Assembly (NCBI GenBank): GCA_025363505.1
Contig: JANYDV010000211.1
Location: forward strand, 1-41,773
DNA: 41,773 nt
Reading direction: 5' to 3'
Origin: Bacteroidota bacterium
GTDB taxonomy: Bacteria; Bacteroidota; Ignavibacteria; Palsa-1295
Every line of letters starts with the position of its first letter. Within the stretch, counting starts at the first letter, position 1. Made by a program: the position numbers and the translations under genes. Positions 36,416 to 41,773 of the stretch are shown piece by piece. The notes beneath the pieces are model-generated. The model saw only the letters and a program-made list of their open reading frames with translations. It did no database searches and was not told where the DNA came from.

Positions 36416-37375
36416 TTATTGCGTTCGTAGAACAACCGTATCAGCAATAGACCAATGCTTGCAGTCTTCACTGATCGCATTCATTTCTAATAATAATTCA
36501 TTCCCTCGTTTACTGATCTTGCAAAAATGATGCGGTCGAATAGCTCCGGCGGTGAAATAATCTTTATTCCTCGATCCTGAGGGTGGTTGAAGCAGTGCTT
36601 GACGCGGTCCGCCACCGCCGGAAACGATAATGTTTTTTCCGCCGATGAAGAATCGCTCATACGAATGACAATGCCCGGTGATAAACAATACTGTTTTTTT
36701 GGACTGGGCAAATGGAGTTTCAAACGCCCGCTGCACGTTCTGATCGTCACTGACAACCGCGCTATTGGTATGAGGCGGATGGTGGCAAGCAACAATCACT
36801 GAAGTGATTGTTGAATCTTCTTCGAAGTGTTTTATCGCACCGCGGTACCATCTTTCCTGCTGTTTAGCTTCATCGGCTTTCAATTCTGAAAAATTTGAAT
36901 TGAGCATAATGATTCCGACATCGCGCCACCGAAAAGAATACCAATCCTGGGCATCGATTTGTTTGAAGCGCGTGAAATACTGGCGTTGCATTTCTCGAAT
37001 ATTTCCAAAATATTCGTGATTACCGAGAAGCGGATAGACAGGGATGCCCATCTGATGCACCGGCTGAGCCAATTGATCAAAATTTTGCCAGAGTTGTTCT
37101 TTGCCGCCGTCAAATGTCAGATCACCGAGGATCATTACAAATCCGGGACGCTCATCGGCAATCTTTTTAAAGAGTGCTTTTACAAACCGCCGATTATTCT
37201 CCCGAAGAAGCAACAGTTCTTCTTTACCACGGAGTTGGGTGTCACCAATGATAATAAACGAGGAGGCAGTATCAATGTTCCTTCCGTCGCCGTCATATTG
37301 TGGAATAGGCTGAGAATGGAGTGTCGAAGTAACGGCAACAAGAAAAAGAACACATAGCCCGAAATATTTTTTCAT
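36416..37375 (-). CDS. Secreted calcineurin-like metallophosphoesterase
   Basis: 319 aa. Signal peptide 'MKKYFGLCVLFLVAVTSTLHSQ'. Motifs 'IIIGDTQ', 'ILGDLTFDG', 'LLGNHE', 'VACHHP', 'ITGHCH'. ATGA overlap with the nfu-like gene. Confidence 0.8.
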   Translation of the reverse strand: MKKYFGLCVLFLVAVTSTLHSQPIPQYDGDGRNIDTASSFIIIGDTQLRGKEELLLLRENNRRFVKALFKKIADERPGFVMILGDLTFDGGKEQLWQNFDQLAQPVHQMGIPVYPLLGNHEYFGNIREMQRQYFTRFKQIDAQDWYSFRWRDVGIIMLNSNFSELKADEAKQQERWYRGAIKHFEEDSTITSVIVACHHPPHTNSAVVSDDQNVQRAFETPFAQSKKTVLFITGHCHSYERFFIGGKNIIVSGGGGPRQALLQPPSGSRNKDYFTAGAIRPHHFCKISKRGNELLLEMNAISEDCKHWSIADTVVLRTQ

Positions 37376-37608
37376 GCCACTTCTTCAATACGCTTGATCT
37401 CGGGAGCGTAATATTGGATGGCGCGTTCAATGCCTGCTCGCAGCGTCATTAGTTTCATTGGACAAGTTTTGCAGGATCCGCTATAGCGTACCTCGACGAT
37501 ACCGGTTGCTTCGTCGAGGGTGGCAAAGTCTATTCCGCCGCCATCTTTGAGGAGATGTGGTCGGCATTCTTCGAGGGCAATCTCAATACGTTCGCGAAGC
37601 GATTGCAT
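37372..37608 (-). CDS. NifU C-terminal-domain (Nfu-type) Fe-S cluster carrier
   Basis: 78 aa. Motifs 'RPHLLKDGGGIDF' and 'GSCKTCPMKLMTL' (CxxC). Confidence 0.85.
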   Translation of the reverse strand: MQSLRERIEIALEECRPHLLKDGGGIDFATLDEATGIVEVRYSGSCKTCPMKLMTLRAGIERAIQYYAPEIKRIEEVA

Positions 37609-37621
37609 TTTGAATTGTTGT

Positions 37622-38746
37622 TTAGTCTTCTGTTCCCAATAAAATTTCGATGGGCTGTTGGTTCGGCATCAAGTTTCTGATACTGACCTGTTGCGCCACT
37701 AACTGTGCAAAATCTCTGAATGCCGAAGCTGCCGGCGAGTGCGGTGCACTTTCGACGACAGGCTTACCGGCATCACCGGCTTCGCGGACGATTGTTTCGA
37801 GCGGAAGCTCGCCGAGAAACGGAATCTCGAATTCTTCGGCAGCCACTTTGCCGCCGCCGTGTGCAAAAATTTCTTCGCGATGACCGCAAGCCGAGCACAA
37901 GTAATAACTCATATTCTCGACTAAGCCAAGCACCGGAACGTGCACTTTCTCAAACATCCGAACCGCTTTGCGCGCATCGGCAAGCGCAACATCCTGCGGT
38001 GTAGTAACAATCACTGCACCGGTGAGCGGAATGGTTTGGCAGAGCGTGAGCTGAATATCTCCGGTGCCGGGCGGGAGATCGAAAATGAGATAATCAAGCT
38101 CGCCCCAGGCGACATCGGTCATAAATTGTTTGAGCGCACCCGATGCCATTGGTCCGCGCCAGACAACAGCAGTGTTGGGATCAACTAAAAAACCAATTGA
38201 CATTACCGTGACGCCAAATGCTTCGAGTGGCGTGATCTGCGTATGACCATCAACTTGCGTCGCTTGCGGTTTTTCCGCTTCGAGCCCAAACATCAACGGA
38301 ATGCTGGGTCCATAAATATCGGCATCGAGCAACCCAACTTTCGCTCCGTCTTTGGCAAGTGCAACGGCAAGATTTGCGGCAACTGTTGACTTCCCCACTC
38401 CACCTTTACCGGAAGCAACTGCAATCGTATTACGAACTTTGACAAGTGCCGATGGCATATTTGCCGCTTGATGTGCCGCCACCTGAGCGGTCATTGTGAC
38501 CTTAACATTGCCAATGCCCGCAACTGCTTCAACCGCTTCACGAGCCTGACGCTCAAGCATATCTTTGAGTGGGCATGATGGTGTGGTGAGTTCAAATGTA
38601 AAAGAAACGGTCTTGCCGTCAATTTTTACATTCTTAATCATCCCCAGGGTGACAATATCCTTATGTAAATCAGGATCTTCGACACCGCGAAGAGCAGTAA
38701 GCACTTCTGCTTCAGTAATAGTAGAATTTTTGGAAAATAGTCCCAT
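37622..38746 (-). CDS. mrp: Mrp/NBP35 (ApbC) family Fe-S cluster carrier ATPase with N-terminal DUF59/MIP18 domain
   Basis: 374 aa. DUF59 motif 'LRGVEDPDLHKDIVTLGMI'. Deviant Walker A 'SGKGGVGKST'. 'DLPPGTGD', plus the 'CSACGH' CxxC motif. Confidence 0.9.
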   Translation of the reverse strand: MGLFSKNSTITEAEVLTALRGVEDPDLHKDIVTLGMIKNVKIDGKTVSFTFELTTPSCPLKDMLERQAREAVEAVAGIGNVKVTMTAQVAAHQAANMPSALVKVRNTIAVASGKGGVGKSTVAANLAVALAKDGAKVGLLDADIYGPSIPLMFGLEAEKPQATQVDGHTQITPLEAFGVTVMSIGFLVDPNTAVVWRGPMASGALKQFMTDVAWGELDYLIFDLPPGTGDIQLTLCQTIPLTGAVIVTTPQDVALADARKAVRMFEKVHVPVLGLVENMSYYLCSACGHREEIFAHGGGKVAAEEFEIPFLGELPLETIVREAGDAGKPVVESAPHSPAASAFRDFAQLVAQQVSIRNLMPNQQPIEILLGTED

Positions 38747-38831
38747 AGAATATAGTTATAGTGGCGCTAAAACAGCACAGAGCTTAGGAAAGTGCGATAG
38801 GGTTAGTATAATCGTTATTTCACTCCAACAT

Positions 38832-38861
38832 AAAAAAAAACACACGGCGCGAACCGTGTGT
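38832..38861 (-). terminator. Rho-independent terminator downstream of rpoD
   Basis: The minus strand reads ACACACGG-ttcgcg-CCGTGTGT (8-bp GC-rich stem, 6-nt loop) followed by a T9 run (plus-strand A-run at 38832-38840). It lies about 25 nt after the rpoD stop. Confidence 0.7.
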
Positions 38862-38885
38862 TTTGAAAAAAAATATTGCAACCAA

Positions 38886-39749
38886 TTATCCCAAGAAATT
38901 CCTGAGTTGTTTGGTTTTGTGTGCGTGGCGCAGGCGACGGATTGCTTTTTCTTTGATTTGGCGTACGCGCTCGCGAGTCAGATTGAAGCGGTCGCCGATT
39001 TCTTCGAGCGACATCGTAGGGCTTTCACCCAACCCATAGAAGCACTCAAGGACTTCACGTTCGCGACTCGAAAGCGAAGTGAGCGCACGTTGTACCTCGA
39101 CGGTGAGTGAATCACGGATGAGAATATTATCGGGTGATAGTTGCCCCGGATCATATAACACATCAAGCAAACGATTGTCGTCCCCTTGTGCGAATGGTGC
39201 ATCAACCGATAGATGTCGTCCGGAAATTTTTAATGTTTCCGAGACTTCGCTCGGTGTCATTTCCAATTTTTCGGCAAGCTCGGATGCGGTTGGTTCGCGT
39301 TCGAACTCCTGTTCGAGCTGTGAAAACTTTTTACCAATTTTATTGAGCGCCCCTACACGATTCAGCGGCAAGCGAACGATGCGCGACTGCTCGGCAAGTG
39401 CCTGGAGGATTGACTGACGAATCCACCAAACGGCATACGAAATAAATTTGAACCCGCGAGTTTCGTCAAAACGCTTTGCGGCTTTGATGAGACCGAGGTT
39501 GCCTTCGTTGATCAAATCACCAAGCGATAGCCCTTGGTTCTGATATTGTTTTGCGACCGAGACAACGAATCGGAGATTCGCTTTGACCAATATCTCAAGT
39601 GCGCGCTGGGAGTCGGGTGGGGTGCCACGAATACGCCGTGCAAGATCGATTTCCATTTGCGAGTTCAACAGATCCATCCTGCCGATCTCTTGGAGATACA
39701 TATCGAGCGATTGACTTTCGCGGTTAGTATATTGTTTTGAAATGCGCAT
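38886..39749 (-). CDS. rpoD: Primary RNA polymerase sigma factor, compact Bacteroidetes-type SigA
   Basis: 287 aa. Motifs '[16 protein letters not shown]', '[58 protein letters not shown]', '[18 protein letters not shown]'. Regions 2-4 are present and there is no long region 1.1. Confidence 0.9.
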   Translation of the reverse strand: MRISKQYTNRESQSLDMYLQEIGRMDLLNSQMEIDLARRIRGTPPDSQRALEILVKANLRFVVSVAKQYQNQGLSLGDLINEGNLGLIKAAKRFDETRGFKFISYAVWWIRQSILQALAEQSRIVRLPLNRVGALNKIGKKFSQLEQEFEREPTASELAEKLEMTPSEVSETLKISGRHLSVDAPFAQGDDNRLLDVLYDPGQLSPDNILIRDSLTVEVQRALTSLSSREREVLECFYGLGESPTMSLEEIGDRFNLTRERVRQIKEKAIRRLRHAHKTKQLRNFLG

Positions 39750-39824
39750 AGTTCGTTATATTCTTTATCGTGCTCATACGACAGCTGATGTTACTACTGA
39801 AAAAGATTTTTTTTTGTTCCGTAA

Positions 39825-40247
39825 TTATTCTTGCACTACGGGAACCTCTGCCGGATCGCGCACTACTGTCACAACGTTTGCAGCGTGATAGCGATCAAAA
39901 TATTTGCGTGTGACAACAGTAAGTTTCGATGTTTTTGCCATTGCCAGGATCATCAACTCGCGCTGAGTCAGTATCATTTTTTTTTCTTGCTCGATCTCTT
40001 TACCAAGCGTCGCAAACGGTTCTGCATACCGTGCGCTGAAGCCTAAGACCCGAACAACCATCAATAAATTCATTGTTGCGTCACGACTTTTTTGATCGCT
40101 TGCCGATGCAAACAGCTCCATCGCATTGATCATCGTCGTGTAGCACGTTGCTTGCGCAAGTGCCTGGCGCAACATCGAAGATTCGCCTTGCGATGAGCGA
40201 TGTATTAAATAATCGTTAAGGATGTCGGTTTCGATAAGAAATTGCAT
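39825..40247 (-). CDS. PIN-domain (VapC-like) protein with non-canonical acidic residues
   Basis: 140 aa. 'MQFLIETDILNDYL' corresponds to the usual 'LDTNV'. 'INAMELFAS' carries the second Glu. 'QRELMILAMAKTSKLTVVTRKYFDRY' corresponds to the usual 'D.liAa.A....l.lvT.n..dF.r'. The start lies 3 nt after the stop of a small upstream ORF. Confidence 0.6.
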   Translation of the reverse strand: MQFLIETDILNDYLIHRSSQGESSMLRQALAQATCYTTMINAMELFASASDQKSRDATMNLLMVVRVLGFSARYAEPFATLGKEIEQEKKMILTQRELMILAMAKTSKLTVVTRKYFDRYHAANVVTVVRDPAEVPVVQE

Positions 40248-40250
40248 CTG

Positions 40251-40499
40251 TCAGCTCAATTGGCTTTCGGCAAGAATACCTTCGGCACTCAAGGCAAGTG
40301 CGACAATAGCAGGGTCGAGTTGTTGGGCAATCGCGATCTGCTCGACTTCACTTCTCGCGCTGGGGTCGCGATCATCCCAAAGTACGACACGAACTTCCAT
40401 CGAATCGCTAAATGCCGCATTGGCATTATCAAGCGTAATAGTCCATTGTCCGTTGGCTGAGCGGAGCGTTCCGTGAGTCTCGATAGGGCGTACAGTCAT
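40251..40499 (-). CDS. Putative antitoxin (small acidic-tailed protein, possibly AbrB/SpoVT-like N-terminus)
   Basis: 82-aa ATG ORF placed as TGA-cag-ATG upstream of the PIN gene. The N-terminus is beta-rich ('GQWTITLDNANAAFSDSMEVRVVLWDD') and the C-terminus is helical and acidic. The call rests mainly on gene architecture. Confidence 0.4.
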   Translation of the reverse strand: MTVRPIETHGTLRSANGQWTITLDNANAAFSDSMEVRVVLWDDRDPSARSEVEQIAIAQQLDPAIVALALSAEGILAESQLS

Positions 40500-40571
40500 T
40501 GATAGGATATGTAGCGATTAACCGAGACTAGCGGGATATGAGTTCCGAAAAAGGAAAAGAGGAATACTCAC

Positions 40572-40579
40572 CAAAGGTA
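40572..40579 (-). promoter_or_regulatory. Candidate -7 promoter box TACCTTTG (TAnnTTTG) upstream of the VapBC-like pair
   Basis: The minus strand reads TACCTTTG 72 nt upstream of the ATG at 40499. It lies immediately downstream (9 nt) of the proximal TATTTCTCC repeat. Confidence 0.25.
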
Positions 40580-40588
40580 AATTACACA

Positions 40589-40631
40589 GGAGAAATACGA
40601 TAGCGGAGAAATAAATTCTGCGAAGGAAATA
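40589..40631. repeat. Direct repeats GGAGAAATA x2 (16-bp period) plus GGAAATA
   Basis: Plus-strand copies are at 40589-40597 and 40605-40613 (identical 9-mers), with a 7/9 copy at 40625-40631. They lie in the 136-nt purine-rich spacer between the GGDEF gene stop and the small ORF. Confidence 0.4.
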
Positions 40632-40635
40632 GAAA

Positions 40636-41773
40636 CTAATAGACGATCACTTCATTGCCGCCACGCTCTTTTGCCTTTTCGAGAGCGAGCTTTGCACAGG
40701 TCATCAGGTCTTCATGCGAGGAGTTGCTTCTTGCGCCCACGATACCAACACTGGTCGTAACCGAAAAACTTTTTCTGCCAAGTGCGATCACTTCGCTGAC
40801 AATCTTTTGTCGCACCTTCTCGCTCCAAAGATATGCTTCTTCGTCAATCATTCGTGACAGGAGCACGGCGTAGGTACACTCCCCGACACGTGCGAGTGCA
40901 TCGTATGGTTGTTTGAGATACTGAAGCACTTCGGCAAGTGAGAGCACAATCGTATCGAGATCTTCTTGCGGAAATTGCTCTTTATATTGAGCAAGATCAT
41001 CGACTTCGAATAGTACGAGCGAGAGCGCTTCGTTAAATTCTTTGGCACGTGCAAGCTCTTCGCCGAACCGTTGTTCGAAACCTCGTTTATTGAGCAACCC
41101 GGTAAGAAGATCTGTTTGCGAACGGTCTTGGACAATCTCAGAGAGCGTGAAGATCTCAAGTGCGGCGGCGGCACTGCGTGTAAGATGTTCAAGCGTTTCG
41201 ATATCGACATCGGTGTATCGCCCACCCTCGCTATGTTCGATGGCGAGTGCGCCGTAATTTTTATTTGATGTGCGAATCGGGATCACTAAAAACGAATGAC
41301 CAACAGCTTGCTCGTGATCTTCGAGCAAACTAAAACGAACACTTTGTCTATTGAGCGCATCGATACGCATACTCGTGCCGCTTTGAAGTGATTTGCCGAC
41401 AATACTTTCGGCAAGAGCAATTTGCGTACGCGGCGCCACATAGCCTTCGCTGTCTTTTGCTTGGAGGTGCTGAATGCCCCATGTGCGCTGCGCTTCGTCG
41501 AATGCGATCGTCGAGAACCACTCCCACTCAACCAATTCGCCTGCGGCTTCGCTGAGTGTTCGTAAAATGTATTCGCCGGTTCGTCCGGCTTCGCGTGGTG
41601 CGCGCGAACTAAGATCGGCTCCGGTGAGCATATAGAGTTTTCGTGCAGACTCAAGCGTCCGCGCTGATGTCAGCAGATCATAGGACTCGATATACGAGCG
41701 CACAAGTCCCGAGATCAGACTCGAATACTCTGTCAGAAGACGAAGCGTCTCGGCGCTGAATTGCGCGTCTTCG
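40636..41773 (-). CDS. GAF-domain protein with degenerate GGDEF domain (5' end outside the window)
   Basis: The ORF track starts at a GTG at 41703. My own translation of 41704-41773 in the same frame has no stop ('EDAQFSAETLRLLTEYSSLISGL-VRSYIESYD...'), so the gene continues upstream of the window. The GAF domain includes 'FLVIPIRTSNKNYGALAIEH'. The GGDEF fold shows 'DLLTGLLNKRGFEQ' and 'CAKLALEKAKERGGNEV', but the signature reads 'RVGECTY' instead of 'RxGGDEF'. Confidence 0.8.
   Translation of the reverse strand, partial: EDAQFSAETLRLLTEYSSLISGLVRSYIESYDLLTSARTLESARKLYMLTGADLSSRAPREAGRTGEYILRTLSEAAGELVEWEWFSTIAFDEAQRTWGIQHLQAKDSEGYVAPRTQIALAESIVGKSLQSGTSMRIDALNRQSVRFSLLEDHEQAVGHSFLVIPIRTSNKNYGALAIEHSEGGRYTDVDIETLEHLTRSAAAALEIFTLSEIVQDRSQTDLLTGLLNKRGFEQRFGEELARAKEFNEALSLVLFEVDDLAQYKEQFPQEDLDTIVLSLAEVLQYLKQPYDALARVGECTYAVLLSRMIDEEAYLWSEKVRQKIVSEVIALGRKSFSVTTSVGIVGARSNSSHEDLMTCAKLALEKAKERGGNEVIVY

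Noticed and set aside
37650-39110. Several plus-strand ORFs (61-181 aa) across mrp, the spacer and the rpoD 3' end
   Set aside because: They are antisense to two confidently identified genes. The 181-aa ORF also runs through the rpoD terminator hairpin. None has a recognisable domain.
39750-39824. Looked for an rpoD promoter or a PIN-gene terminator in the 75-nt spacer
   Set aside because: There is no hairpin and no convincing TAnnTTTG or TTGACA/TATAAT pair. The only notable element is an A9 run on the coding strand.
41286-41654. 122-aa alternative-frame minus-strand ORF, and 125-aa ORF at 40848-41225
   Set aside because: They are out-of-frame overlaps of the GAF-GGDEF gene with Arg/Ser/Lys-rich junk composition.
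1-41773. Window-wide look for CRISPR repeats, tRNA/rRNA genes, IS elements or integrases, phage genes, reverse transcriptases and classic defence genes
   Set aside because: None was recognised. Every intergenic gap is 172 nt or shorter, and all large ORFs have housekeeping or envelope assignments. A computational scan (tRNAscan-SE, Infernal/Rfam, DefenseFinder/PADLOC) would be needed for certainty.

Overview
Gene-dense 41.8-kb chromosomal window with about 40 protein-coding genes. I recognise no rRNA, tRNA, CRISPR array, transposase, integrase or phage gene. About 85 % of the coding sequence is on the minus strand, in long and often overlapping co-directional runs. Three short plus-strand cassettes (2481-5307, 26463-27815, 33847-36415) all encode envelope proteins. 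The taxonomic flavour is FCB group (Bacteroidota / Ignavibacteriota / Chlorobiota-like). This rests on a 287-aa Bacteroidetes-type primary sigma factor, a T9SS C-terminal sorting domain, DUF2723, type-2 IPP isomerase and a few TAnnTTTG-like boxes. Gene content from left to right: HPr, polyprenyl synthase and IDI-2; a Pro-rich membrane protein and three-domain DsbD; a sugar epimerase and GT2; a YitJ-like Hcy-methyltransferase-like/MTHFR fusion; tpiA; gatB; a Rieske oxygenase; a DipZ-C-like thioredoxin; mpg; YyaL; a GDPD; fmt; PGI/PMI; DUF2723-TPR; an M20 amidohydrolase; YbbR; an unassignable 190-215-aa protein; an FG-GAP/ASPIC T9SS cargo; a very AT-rich GT-C-like membrane protein; a Wzx-like flippase; a heparinase II/III-like protein; two paralogous lipoproteins; a SAM methyltransferase; recR; ybaB; an OMP / divergent-GDPD lipoprotein / OMP cassette; a metallophosphoesterase; Nfu; Mrp; rpoD with a clear intrinsic terminator; a VapBC-like pair; and a GAF-GGDEF protein with a degenerate GGDEF motif, which runs off the window edge. 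I do not see a clear, self-contained novel system, and there are no defence-island hallmarks. The best candidates for a second look are: (1) the orphan BMC-/ACT-like + HeH-like protein at 23.5-24.1 kb; (2) the OMP-GDPD(HHGG)-OMP cassette; (3) the non-canonical PIN pair with upstream direct repeats, wedged between rpoD and the degenerate GGDEF gene; (4) the YitJ-like fusion whose Hcy domain has lost two of three zinc cysteines; (5) the low-GC segment at about 25.1-27.8 kb. All family calls come from reading motifs by eye, because no database search was possible.
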